The notes under the pieces were generated by a model that worked only from the letters and a program-made list of their open reading frames with translations, ran no database searches and was not told the origin of the DNA. Made by a program: the position numbers and the translations under genes. DNA of 63,202 bases from a virus (Duplodnaviria; Caudoviricetes), in the IMG/VR virus record IMGVR_UViG_3300030329_003706, positions 1 through 63,202 of that record, one strand, 5' to 3'. Shown piece by piece: positions 35,836-45,299 of the stretch (its first letter is position 1; each line of letters opens with the position of its first letter).

Positions 35836-36508
35836 CTGCTACATCCTTTCTTATCCAACAACTGTTAGGTTCAATGAGTTTAGGCAATGAACCTTTTTTA
35901 TTTGCAACTCTTTCAGTCCACTTTAATAAGTATCCCTTAGAACGTAAAAGCTCCCACTTTCGCTGTTTTATTTCTTCCTGCTCCTCTCTATACTCTTTAG
36001 TGGTATTGCCCTTAATAGCTACATAATCTTCTGTGATTATTTCTTCTGGAAACACTTGCCAACTGTAAGCAGATAATATGTTTTTATCATTGCCTTCTGT
36101 ATCTATCTTTAATATGTCCACATGGGTAATATTGTGTTCCTTGAATAAAGTGTCTAAAGTTTTAAGGGGAACAGTTTGATACTCATCTGTTAAATGCTGT
36201 GAAATATATTCGGTGTCCTTTAATAAAGAAGAACGCATACATTTTTCTTTTTGTGCAGGACTACGTCTGTTCATAAATCCATATTTCCCCATATATAATT
36301 TACCTACACCATCTTCATTGCTTATGGCACAATGTTCATACTTGAAATCACACCCCGATAAGCTTTTAAATATTTCCTCTTTTAAATGAATATTGGGTTC
36401 TACCATCAAACCAAACCATTTTTCTCTTTTACGATGCAATAACTTATTAGCTAGAGATAATGTTCTGGCATTAAAGCACCCAATGTCTACAATTACCTTT
36501 TTGTTCAT
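35813..36508 (-). CDS. FkbM-family SAM-dependent methyltransferase
   Basis: VDIGCF, VEPN, CAIS, TLDTL and DILKIDTEG motifs. Start placed at the AGGAGG-preceded ATG 36508 (track start 36553). Confidence 0.85.
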   Translation of the reverse strand: MNKKVIVDIGCFNARTLSLANKLLHRKREKWFGLMVEPNIHLKEEIFKSLSGCDFKYEHCAISNEDGVGKLYMGKYGFMNRRSPAQKEKCMRSSLLKDTEYISQHLTDEYQTVPLKTLDTLFKEHNITHVDILKIDTEGNDKNILSAYSWQVFPEEIITEDYVAIKGNTTKEYREEQEEIKQRKWELLRSKGYLLKWTERVANKKGSLPKLIEPNSCWIRKDVADARNMGS

Positions 36509-36582
36509 ATAACGCCTCCTCGACGTAGTTAGTGGTTTTGCTACCCTGTACACCTAAAAAGGCGTAGAGGGGGTCGAGTGGC

Positions 36583-37677
36583 TTAAATACGCCCCTCAAA
36601 AAAGCTTAAATACTGTTTTCCTATAACTTTTGGGCTGTGTAGAGCTAATGCCTTGCTACCGTTCTCTCTATAAAAAGATAAAGGCGTTGAAGTAGAAGAG
36701 TACTGTGTTCCCATCACTCCTGCGTTAGATGCTACTCCCATACTCTTTCTGGGTATAGAATCGTTGGGGGAATCTATACTGTTTATAAGTTCAGCTAATT
36801 CTTCTGCTGTGCTTACGACTAAACAATTGATATCTGGCTTCATATCGTCTGGCTCATCCAGTAACCACTTAGAATGAATAATAGGAATACATCCTGCGTT
36901 CCATGCTTCAAGCCAAGTGTACTGTGTTCCCCCTCCATCGCCTACTATTTGGGTCATATCTACATTAAAGATATATTTTTTCATAAGGTTAAACGCATGA
37001 TCATTTTCTCTTGGGTAGTGAGCCTTAGACTGTACCCATTCAGGATACTTAGGCACTATCTTAAAGCGAGTGTATATTCTGTTTTCAAATCCCCTTATGT
37101 TTATTTTCTTGTTATCTGGTAATAAACGGTTAGCATCAAGCAAAACTTCTGTGTGCTTATCAAAATCTATTCTAGAAGTACTGATAGCAATTCCTCCACG
37201 AGTGCTTATATTGTTTGGGGTTTGAGAAGTAAAGGGGGAGTAGGGGTGTCTTATGAAAGTAGAACCCTTTAATGTCCTTGCCCCAATTTGTCTTATACTG
37301 ATACACCTATTGGGATCTAAGTTTTCAGGCAAGTTTTTCAACTCAGTAGGATCATGCACCACTATGAAAGCACCGTTGTCATATAGCTGTTGTGTTTGTT
37401 CCTTGAACTGTTTGGCTCCTGCGACAACAAGCTTAATCTCTGATCGCATAGAATTACTTGAAAAGTTACCATTGTATTTGTTAAAAACATCATCCAAAGA
37501 AATGTTTTGGTACTTTTTCCCATACCCAAAATCTCTTTGAAACTTTTCTGATTTTGGACGAACCTTGTAAAGATAAGGGGTAATCCCCACTTCTTTTAGT
37601 GCGTCCATAAGGTGACTGGTATAAGTTACCCAACCTCCATAGGGATTGGGACTTAAATAAAATAAATTTGCTCTCAT
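36583..37677 (-). CDS. GT-B fold glycosyltransferase
   Basis: N-terminal YGGWVTY, HDPTE, SRIDFDKH and GGGTQYTWLEAWNAGCIPI (GT4-like E.x.G motif). Confidence 0.75.
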   Translation of the reverse strand: MRANLFYLSPNPYGGWVTYTSHLMDALKEVGITPYLYKVRPKSEKFQRDFGYGKKYQNISLDDVFNKYNGNFSSNSMRSEIKLVVAGAKQFKEQTQQLYDNGAFIVVHDPTELKNLPENLDPNRCISIRQIGARTLKGSTFIRHPYSPFTSQTPNNISTRGGIAISTSRIDFDKHTEVLLDANRLLPDNKKINIRGFENRIYTRFKIVPKYPEWVQSKAHYPRENDHAFNLMKKYIFNVDMTQIVGDGGGTQYTWLEAWNAGCIPIIHSKWLLDEPDDMKPDINCLVVSTAEELAELINSIDSPNDSIPRKSMGVASNAGVMGTQYSSTSTPLSFYRENGSKALALHSPKVIGKQYLSFFEGRI

Positions 37678-38579
37678 TCTATTTTTCCTTTTATTGAATC
37701 TGTAAATGTTTGTTTGTACAAGCTACGAGGCTTACCCTCACCTAGCCTAACTCTTTCGTACTTGTCCCACTCACATAGGCTATGTTCAATAGTACGCATA
37801 TCTATGTCTGATTCAGAACAAATTAATTGACCATACTCTCGCTTGTATTGAAGCAAGAACCACATTTCTTCATTAGCTTGTTTTTGGCTTATCGTTTTGT
37901 TGAGGGGGCGTTCCCCAATCCTGTTAAGACCGCGAATTGCTCCAGGTCCTGCGTTTGCCCAAGTAAAACGGTCTTTTGGGCATGGTAACACAGATGTGTA
38001 GTTGAGGTCGGAAACGACCTCGTATGACATAAAACCTCCCCCTCCCCACCCTTTATAGGAAGCCATCGCATTGTGGAGACTTTGCAAGGAATTTGTTTGG
38101 GACGCCACAATAGCAAGTTTTTCCTTGTCTCGCCAGATTGGGGATAAGAAGTGGTCAACTACTACCTCCGATTTCCTAAGTTTAAGACCCTGATTCGTAA
38201 TTATATACGCTCCAGTAAATGTCCGTAAACCCTTATCTAATCTTCTTTCTATGATTTCTTTGGTGCGAGTAGGATCCCACTCTGTTACCCACCCATGTTC
38301 CTCAGCAAACTCTATAGTACCCACCATTCTAAACAAACAGCAATTAAATATTATTTCGCCATGATCACGATTATGGTTTAAATCAGTCCAGTTCCTACGC
38401 ATCCAAACGGTTACTCTATCGTTTTCCCTAAATGGATTAGTGAACTTATATTTTTGTAATATAGGGTCAGTAGTCCAAGGAGGAGGTTTACCCTCTAGCC
38501 TACGTTGATATATACGATGCCGTTCTGTTATCCAATCATATAACAAACAGGCATTTAATCTAGCTTCTTTTTCAAACAT
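37674..38579 (-). CDS. aGPT-Pplase1 / 5-hmdU DNA kinase-like protein
   Basis: ERHRIY..R..G.PPPWT.DPILQKYKFTN.FRE.DRVT, FTGAY, GFMSYEVVSD, GPGAIRGL and IEHSLCEWDKY motifs. Confidence 0.85.
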   Translation of the reverse strand: MFEKEARLNACLLYDWITERHRIYQRRLEGKPPPWTTDPILQKYKFTNPFRENDRVTVWMRRNWTDLNHNRDHGEIIFNCCLFRMVGTIEFAEEHGWVTEWDPTRTKEIIERRLDKGLRTFTGAYIITNQGLKLRKSEVVVDHFLSPIWRDKEKLAIVASQTNSLQSLHNAMASYKGWGGGGFMSYEVVSDLNYTSVLPCPKDRFTWANAGPGAIRGLNRIGERPLNKTISQKQANEEMWFLLQYKREYGQLICSESDIDMRTIEHSLCEWDKYERVRLGEGKPRSLYKQTFTDSIKGKIE

Positions 38580-38601
38580 ACTTCTCCCTTTCTATGAAGT
38601 G

Positions 38602-38632
38602 GTGTGGCTACATTGTAATATAGTAGCCACAC
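38602..38632 (-). terminator. Hairpin between the DUF932 gene and the modification operon
   Basis: GTGTGGCTAC...GTAGCCACAC; no clear T-run, so it may be a processing or stability hairpin. Confidence 0.5.
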
Positions 38633-38651
38633 TAGGACAATAATTACTTTA

Positions 38652-39683
38652 TCAAGCTACTGAGGCATATTCAAGAACCTTGCTTAGTGCTTTTCGCTTG
38701 GTGTTCGCACCTGCCCCGAACCATGCTGAATGCAAAGCATTCCCTTCAGCGTGTGAGCGTTTTTGGTGATCCATAACATAGGTAACACCATTTAGTACTC
38801 CCCACCAAGTCCCTAAGGCAGATTCCATATTAGCTCCAGGGGAAATTTCTATTGCTTCATAAACGAGCTCTGCTGTGTGCTTAAACTGATCTCGCATTGG
38901 AACATTTACCTCTGCTGAACTTTCTGCTTTGCCTCGTTCAATAAGTAAGTTTGGTTGGAACAACTCAGCAATAAAGTTATCTACATCAAAAGGTTTTGCC
39001 TTTTTACTAGCTAAAAACTCTGATTGTTCTTGGAACACTTTCATTTGCTGACCACTAATACCTAATGCCTCCTCAGCGGCTTTCTGTATTTCTTCGTCAA
39101 ACATTTGTAAATGCAATACTCGGAAACGGTTGCCTTCTATGTTAAGAGCTTGTGTTAGAGTATTATTACAAACAACTCTTATAGGTGTGAACATAATAGT
39201 CATTGCTTTACCTACCTGATGGCTATTGTTCAGTAATAAATAACCTTGTACGTCATCGTTTCCTGGAAGCCTGAATTTATCAGTAAGTTTAGCTAACCCC
39301 CACACATCTTTACCCTCTTTTAAGCTTCCTGCTGTTTCCATTGTCATTTGTCCTGCTTCGGTAAACTTTTTGAAAAACTTCATTACCTCTGCGTTTTGGA
39401 ACGGAACATAGCTATCACCACAAGAAGAAAGCACTTTGTTGTCTGAGTCTCGAACTAAAAAGTAACTTTCAGGAGCACGAATAAATCCTGCTTCTCCTGT
39501 TGGGTCGATGATATTCCAACAATCTGGCTTATCTACCGTGTAAGCAGGACGTTTGGAAACTGTCCAATCGATTTGTGCTTCGACCAACATTTGTTCAGGG
39601 GTCATTTGATTGCTAACTTTTTTACCTAGCCCATGCCAAGGAACTTGTCCTGCATAAGCCATTGTTTCAATTTCGTGTGCCAT
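38652..39683 (-). CDS. DUF932-family protein (phage/plasmid-like TIGR03299)
   Basis: MAHEIETMAY.G.VPWHGLG, ETAGSL, TPIRVVCNNTL and GTWWG..NGVT..DH motifs. Confidence 0.88.
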   Translation of the reverse strand: MAHEIETMAYAGQVPWHGLGKKVSNQMTPEQMLVEAQIDWTVSKRPAYTVDKPDCWNIIDPTGEAGFIRAPESYFLVRDSDNKVLSSCGDSYVPFQNAEVMKFFKKFTEAGQMTMETAGSLKEGKDVWGLAKLTDKFRLPGNDDVQGYLLLNNSHQVGKAMTIMFTPIRVVCNNTLTQALNIEGNRFRVLHLQMFDEEIQKAAEEALGISGQQMKVFQEQSEFLASKKAKPFDVDNFIAELFQPNLLIERGKAESSAEVNVPMRDQFKHTAELVYEAIEISPGANMESALGTWWGVLNGVTYVMDHQKRSHAEGNALHSAWFGAGANTKRKALSKVLEYASVA

Positions 39684-39960
39684 GTGTATCTCCTTTCTCT
39701 GAGTTATTAGGCATATCTATATACGGTAAAGTTTCATATGTTTTATAAGGAACATCGAGCAATACTTGGTCATTGCCACCAAGTAAAACCTGACAACGCA
39801 TTTCTACATCGTTATGGGACATATTCCATGCAACAGGGTATAGATTCCCTGCTTCCAACCATTCAAACACTTTTGGGTCAATTGAACGATTACGCTTACT
39901 GCGAATCGCTTCTTTATTTGCCTCTTGTAAGGCATCTTTAGTAAAATACTTCACTTGCAT
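39667..39960 (-). CDS. Hypothetical protein
   Basis: AGGAG RBS; promoter at 39994. Confidence 0.6.
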   Translation of the reverse strand: MQVKYFTKDALQEANKEAIRSKRNRSIDPKVFEWLEAGNLYPVAWNMSHNDVEMRCQVLLGGNDQVLLDVPYKTYETLPYIDMPNNSEKGDTHGTRN

Positions 39961-39993
39961 TTCTTTCTCCTGTGCTAGTTAGTAACAATTATT

Positions 39994-40043
39994 AATATAC
40001 ACCCAACCTTTTACATTGATAATTCTTATTAATTCTTATTTAC
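39994..40043 (-). promoter_or_regulatory. Phage promoter TTATCA-N17-TATATT upstream of the DUF932/modification/polA operon
   Basis: Family member with two AATAAGA boxes. Confidence 0.7.
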
Positions 40044-41561
40044 TCAGGCTGTTAACGAATACCCTTGACTGAACATAGGGTGTATTAAATGTAGCCTATC
40101 GGTAGCTCTTGTTAATCCCACATAAAAAACTCTAGCCTCGTCATCTTCGTAGTTATTAATCTTCCTCCACATACTGTATGGTCTTCTCATTGTATCTGTT
40201 AAAAGCATTACATTTGTAGCTTGAGCTCCTTTAGCAGAATGAATGGTAGAGATTCGTATTCTAGGAGTCTTAGTTAAACTTTCTCCTTTTCGCAAACAAG
40301 CCTTTATGTAAATTCTATCTCTTTCACTTATTTTGCCTAACCCTGTCTCCCATGAATGGGAGTGTAATAGTCCATGATCCTTTTGCAAATCTTCTAAACT
40401 ATAGAAAACACCATCTTCACCATCAGGCATTGTTTTACTGCCATAGGTAATTTGACTATTCAACATCATATGTTTATACACAAGTCGTACTTGATCAGCA
40501 TCTAACCTGTTTCCTTGCCTAAGTGATTCCCACAACCTAACAGCCTCTAGTACTCTACTATCTATACTCTTTGAGCCGTTATAAATATATAGGTGTCCTC
40601 TTCTGCGAACTTCTTCCTCTATTTGTTGAGCTCCACGAGTGGTTCTGCTTAACAGTAGCCAATCCCCACTACTTAAATCAACTTCTTCAGAATGACGATG
40701 CCAATAAATATTTCCTTCTATTTCTTTTGGTTGAAAAATCTTTTCTCTTCTTCCTACTATAGTTTTTATTACATGATGACTAAGCTTGTGATGAGAAGAT
40801 GGAATCCTGTAGGACTTATCTAGTAGAGTTACTTTACCCTCTAATCCCACAAAATGTTCTACATCTGCTCCTGCATAACGAAAAATAGCTTGGTCATCAT
40901 CTCCTGCTACATAGCAGATTTTACTGTTTTGTTCTAGCATATTAACCATCTCCCATTGAATGGGAGACAAATCCTGTGCTTCGTCAATAAACACAGCTTC
41001 TAACTTTGGGCAAAGACCGTTTTCAATAAATGTTTCAAGCATACCTGCATAGTCTTGTAAGCCATAAGAAGTTTTCCAATATGCCAAACCACGAGCAACA
41101 TATTCTACTCTAGCCCAGTCCGTTTTCAAAGGCACAGTGCTATCGTTGTATATCTTGCGTAAAGGTTGGCGTAATACCCGAGCCATGTTTATAATTTCTA
41201 AAAACTTATCGCCATAACCAAAGTCCTTGTACGGACCTTGCTCCATAACTGTTCCTGTGTAGAATTTTCCTATCTTTAACCAATCAGCCACTTCTTGATA
41301 TTTTTCAGGCGTAATGATTTGGGAGTGTGTTAACCCTGACATCATAAAGGCAAGACTGTGTAATGTCCTAAAATAGGGGAGCTCTTTCTTTGATAAATTA
41401 AACTTTTCACATGCTCGGTCTACTGCCTCTGTTGCGGCTCTTCTTGTAAAGGCAAAATAGCCTATTCTATCAGGAGCGACTCCTGAGGTTAAATACTGCT
41501 CTACTAAACTGAGTAGTTTTGTTGTTTTTCCTGTTCCAGGAGGACCTAATACAATCTGCAC
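40044..41561 (-). CDS. UvrD/Rep-like SF1 helicase
   Basis: GPPGTGKT, DEAQD, GDDDQAIF, STIHSAKG and YVGLTRA motifs. Confidence 0.93.
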   Translation of the reverse strand: MQIVLGPPGTGKTTKLLSLVEQYLTSGVAPDRIGYFAFTRRAATEAVDRACEKFNLSKKELPYFRTLHSLAFMMSGLTHSQIITPEKYQEVADWLKIGKFYTGTVMEQGPYKDFGYGDKFLEIINMARVLRQPLRKIYNDSTVPLKTDWARVEYVARGLAYWKTSYGLQDYAGMLETFIENGLCPKLEAVFIDEAQDLSPIQWEMVNMLEQNSKICYVAGDDDQAIFRYAGADVEHFVGLEGKVTLLDKSYRIPSSHHKLSHHVIKTIVGRREKIFQPKEIEGNIYWHRHSEEVDLSSGDWLLLSRTTRGAQQIEEEVRRRGHLYIYNGSKSIDSRVLEAVRLWESLRQGNRLDADQVRLVYKHMMLNSQITYGSKTMPDGEDGVFYSLEDLQKDHGLLHSHSWETGLGKISERDRIYIKACLRKGESLTKTPRIRISTIHSAKGAQATNVMLLTDTMRRPYSMWRKINNYEDDEARVFYVGLTRATDRLHLIHPMFSQGYSLTA

Positions 41562-43084
41562 TAAATTATACCTTCTCCTGCAGGAAGCTCAGGTAACGGT
41601 ATTTGATCTTGGTCATCATTGAAAAACTCTTGTGGTAACGACCAAACATGAATTCCCTTTCCTCTCACTCTCCAAAACATTTTTTCTGCCTGTATATCCT
41701 GCAGTCTTAATGTTATTTTATTAGAAGTGTAGTGGTTAAAGTCGTTTACAGATAAATGCTTTTTTACGTCTTTTACTTGAAAATAAACTCTACCTTCAAC
41801 CCAAACAGCTACACCTTGAAGTATATCTTCTCGTTCCTCCCCTTTAGCTCTTTCTGAACAGAACGCATGAAGCAAGTCTTCAAACTCACCTTTTAGTGTA
41901 GCATCTGGTGGAACTTCTACAATAGTTAAATTATCCAATAAAAGCTGTATTCTGGTTTGCCATGCTCTCTGGTTCACTGCTATAGGAAATTTGTTAATTT
42001 GGGAAACACATTCCTTTTGAAACTGAGCTTGACTGGTCAACCCATTAGTGCTTAATTCCACACGTTGACCATCTACATTTAATATCCATATAGGGGGGTC
42101 ACCATCTATTTTGGTAAGACTAGACATATCGTTACCAACCCCTGAAGGACCAACACCATACTTCCTACTTTTACATACCTCTTTATCACAAAAGGGCTTT
42201 ATAGGTTGGTCTTCACATTTATAAAAATAATCTTTTTTCTTTAATTGCCGAATAACAACACCCACCTCATTATGAGAAAGGGGAGGCTTTAGGTAATCCA
42301 TATTATATTTCTGCACCAACACTTCCCAATCATCTTCGTTATACATTCTTGCATAAACACCCAAGTTGAATAGGGCATTGTTCCGTGAGCCTTCCCCAAA
42401 ACCCTTACTGCATAGATGCTGTAGGCAAGGAGGACCTTCCTTTAGTATACCTTCTTTTGTGCCAAAACTCATTGTTAACTTACGGAACTTGGCAGGAGTG
42501 ATAACAAAAGGTTTTGCATATTCTAAAAACTCTTGTACCTGTAAAGCTTTACCCTCGTCATCAAAAGCATACCTAGTGGTTTTATCGCTTCCGTGATAAG
42601 GCATATTTAAGAAATTTCCTGTGTCACCCCTATCTAATAAAATAGTTGTTTGTTTGGGAAATATTTCACTGCCCGAAAATCCTAGAGCCGCACTCAGCTC
42701 TATCATTTTCCTTTGCATTTCCTCTGCTTCAATAGTCTGTGTTAAAAATATCCATATATGAGCTCCCCCTGATTTTGTTCTTCCCACAATGGCAGGGATA
42801 TTATTAGCTCTTAAAGTGGTGACTAATTGTTTATGGTTAATGTCATATTTGTCTATATCTATAGCACCCCATTGACAGGTGTTGTCACTACGAATGGGGA
42901 TTATTCCTAGCCCTGTGCCTCCCTTAAGATGTTCTTCCCACATAGCAATAGTGGTCGATTCTCTTATAACTTTAGCCGTTCCTTGTTTCTTACCATCAGA
43001 TCGGCGTGTGCTAACAACATATGTTCCATGAGCAATATCACTACCTAAAAATAAATAGAAAAATTGTTGTGCGAGTGATGTCAT
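41561..43084 (-). CDS. Primase (AEP-type with PriCT domain)
   Basis: WGAIDID, TKSGGAH, NLPY-like NMPY, PPCL and EGSRNNALF motifs. Confidence 0.85.
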   Translation of the reverse strand: MTSLAQQFFYLFLGSDIAHGTYVVSTRRSDGKKQGTAKVIRESTTIAMWEEHLKGGTGLGIIPIRSDNTCQWGAIDIDKYDINHKQLVTTLRANNIPAIVGRTKSGGAHIWIFLTQTIEAEEMQRKMIELSAALGFSGSEIFPKQTTILLDRGDTGNFLNMPYHGSDKTTRYAFDDEGKALQVQEFLEYAKPFVITPAKFRKLTMSFGTKEGILKEGPPCLQHLCSKGFGEGSRNNALFNLGVYARMYNEDDWEVLVQKYNMDYLKPPLSHNEVGVVIRQLKKKDYFYKCEDQPIKPFCDKEVCKSRKYGVGPSGVGNDMSSLTKIDGDPPIWILNVDGQRVELSTNGLTSQAQFQKECVSQINKFPIAVNQRAWQTRIQLLLDNLTIVEVPPDATLKGEFEDLLHAFCSERAKGEEREDILQGVAVWVEGRVYFQVKDVKKHLSVNDFNHYTSNKITLRLQDIQAEKMFWRVRGKGIHVWSLPQEFFNDDQDQIPLPELPAGEGII

Positions 43085-43179
43085 CTCGTTCTCCTTAAAG
43101 TGGAAGAAGAACTCAGTAAGCTACCTCACCAAGTTCTTCCTCCGCAGTTACAAGGCGATCAACCCTTGTATCTGTCTGG

Positions 43180-43983
43180 TTACATTACGCTATTGTTTTC
43201 AGCCTTAGAGTCAGAGGCAGAAGTATCTTCCTGCACCTGTACTGTCCCTGCTGTTACCGACTTACCAAACGCTAACCCCATATTGAATAAAAATTCATCC
43301 TCAGAGTTTTCTAAGTCGAGTTGTCGCACCCTGTTGATTTCCCAACCAAACCAAGAACCTTTATCGTTCTGCTCTGGAATAGTGGATAATTTGTACACTT
43401 GCGACATCAATGGTAATGTATAAACTCCATTGGCTCCTTTTGCCGTTATGGATTGGGCTTGTGTCAGCCACTTACGAGACTTCTTTAATTGTGTTGAAGT
43501 CATTGTAATCAGAGCTCGCTGTGCTCCCATTGTCTTGTGTAAAAACAACACAAAAAATTGAGCAGTATTGGATAAGTAATTACCATTTGGTAATACATCA
43601 CGCCCCTGATCATCTCGGTTTGTACTCGACACCACAGGATCATCACTTGAATAGGATTCAACGTACCCCCCACCTTTTTCTCGTGGTGTCCATTCAACAT
43701 AACGCCTATTATAATGGCATGGGATTACTTCAATACCTTCTTCGCCGTTATAGGCTTCATTTAAGACTGTATTAAAAATCATGCCTGCGTGAGCATCTTC
43801 AACATAAGCACCATCTCTTTTGTTTACTTGCGGACTCATCTGAGCCAATATTCGCAAGAACGGAATAGCTAAGTCATCTGAAGCGACCTCACTAAACCCT
43901 GCTGAGCTCACTTTTTCAAAACCCTCATATATCATGGGGGTCTTATTTCCTGCGTTTGCAGTTACTTCGTTTTTATTCACCAT
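43180..43983 (-). CDS. Probable single-stranded DNA-binding protein
   Basis: DLAIPFLRIL, YVEWTPR, MTSTQLKKSRKW and GSWFGW motifs; lies in the replication block. Confidence 0.65.
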   Translation of the reverse strand: MVNKNEVTANAGNKTPMIYEGFEKVSSAGFSEVASDDLAIPFLRILAQMSPQVNKRDGAYVEDAHAGMIFNTVLNEAYNGEEGIEVIPCHYNRRYVEWTPREKGGGYVESYSSDDPVVSSTNRDDQGRDVLPNGNYLSNTAQFFVLFLHKTMGAQRALITMTSTQLKKSRKWLTQAQSITAKGANGVYTLPLMSQVYKLSTIPEQNDKGSWFGWEINRVRQLDLENSEDEFLFNMGLAFGKSVTAGTVQVQEDTSASDSKAENNSVM

Positions 43984-43994
43984 GTACTTTCTCC

Positions 43995-44543
43995 TTACTT
44001 CTTAGTGATTACGGCTTTTTGCCCAATATACAAACCGAATAAGTCCTGTGGTATATTTACGCCTTTTTCGGTTGTGTCTTTTGCCCATGCTTTTAAGGTC
44101 ATCGGCTCTACCCATTTACGAGTATTAACAGGCATACCACGACCTGTTAACTCATCAGCAAATTGTTCTGCTTGGTCTTCTTGTCCACGCACAAAGTTTG
44201 TTGAAACTTGGTTTTTAATTAAATCACCATACTCATTTTCAACAAGCCATTCAAAAGCTTCTTCAGCTTTAGCTTTAGGGATAGAAGCACTGTAGAACTT
44301 TACAACATTTATTTCTGTACCATCAGTCATGGAAAAGACTTTTATGTTGTGTTCTGCTAATAATTCAGGCAACTCTTCTTCTTGTATAGTTCTAAAGTTT
44401 GCCTTAACTTCTTTAATTTCAGCCTCCAACTGTTCTTGTCTTTGCTGAAGTGTTACTAGTTTATTTACAAGTTTACTCACTTTACTCAAGCCTTGCTCGG
44501 TGATTTGGCTGAGCTCGCCTGCTACATTTTCGAAACTACTCAT
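43995..44543 (-). CDS. Conserved replication-module protein
   Basis: Coiled coil followed by AFEWL..N.YGDLIKN and VEPMTLKAW. Confidence 0.6.
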   Translation of the reverse strand: MSSFENVAGELSQITEQGLSKVSKLVNKLVTLQQRQEQLEAEIKEVKANFRTIQEEELPELLAEHNIKVFSMTDGTEINVVKFYSASIPKAKAEEAFEWLVENEYGDLIKNQVSTNFVRGQEDQAEQFADELTGRGMPVNTRKWVEPMTLKAWAKDTTEKGVNIPQDLFGLYIGQKAVITKK

Positions 44544-44877
44544 TGTTCCCTCCTGGACGATGGCTAAGATTGGCTTCCAAAGGAAAATACTTACCCTCTT
44601 GCCTGTCCCATTTTAACATTTTAAATTTTCCTGCATTGAACTGAGAAGCCAACGCCGCCGCGAGTGCGATAGCCGCTGGATCCCCTGCAAGTAACAAATA
44701 ATCTTCGTCTGAGAACTTACTAAGCTTACGAATCATACGGCTAATTGTAGGCTGAGTCGAATAACTTGTTTGTTCTCCTGCAGGAAGTAATATTTCCACA
44801 TCACCAAAACTAGTAGCATCTGTTATATCTCTTCCACGCATTTCTTGTGTAATATATACGGTCATGTCTTTCTCCAC
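44536..44877 (-). CDS. Conserved hypothetical protein
   Basis: DYLLLAGDP...LKWDRQ..KY. Confidence 0.6.
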   Translation of the reverse strand: MEKDMTVYITQEMRGRDITDATSFGDVEILLPAGEQTSYSTQPTISRMIRKLSKFSDEDYLLLAGDPAAIALAAALASQFNAGKFKMLKWDRQEGKYFPLEANLSHRPGGNNE

Positions 44878-45020
44878 ATGTTGGTTTATTCGTTATAGCA
44901 TATATTGTACTAACAGCGTTAGTCTTATTTAGTCATTTTTACTCCGCTATATTTAATATATACAACTTTGCTTATTACAGGGTAAAACCCATTGAAAGAA
45001 AACACTTTTTTTATCTTTTG

Positions 45021-45118
45021 TTTTCGCGTAGACCCGAAAGTAGCTATCAGATATTGTATATCGGAGAAAGTTAAAATTTGAATTAACAGTAATTTATATT
45101 TCACTCCTATATAGCAAA
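45021..45118. repeat. Three-part cis element, copy 2, in the divergent intergenic region
   Basis: The same three blocks, in the same order, as 24884-25040. Confidence 0.9.
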
Positions 45119-45189
45119 GTTAGGCTGATAACAAAAGATTAGTCCTGTTTTTGTTTTTGTGCTATTTATAAAAGTAACAGCAAACTGTA

Positions 45190-45283
45190 GCAGGTTGAAG
45201 CCAATAGTTCGAAAAGGCAGAAGGCTTCTTTAATAGTTGATCTGGCTTGGGGATTGATCAACCCACTATCAAACAACACCTGC
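45190..45283 (+). ncRNA. Structured 5' leader (three-way junction) of the SNF2 helicase gene
   Basis: GCAGGT/ACCTGC closes two internal stems, GAAGCC/GGCTTC and ATAGTTGATC/GATCAA..ACTAT. Confidence 0.45.
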
Positions 45284-45299
45284 GTCTAGAAAGTAAGTT

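Noticed and set aside
25113-36582. GTCGAGTGGC at about 25113 and 36573
   Set aside because: Only 10 bp in two copies, which could be chance.
45190-45283. tRNA or hammerhead ribozyme
   Set aside because: No cloverleaf with a correctly placed T-loop or CCA, and no CUGAnGA/GAAA core. No tRNA was recognised anywhere in the window.
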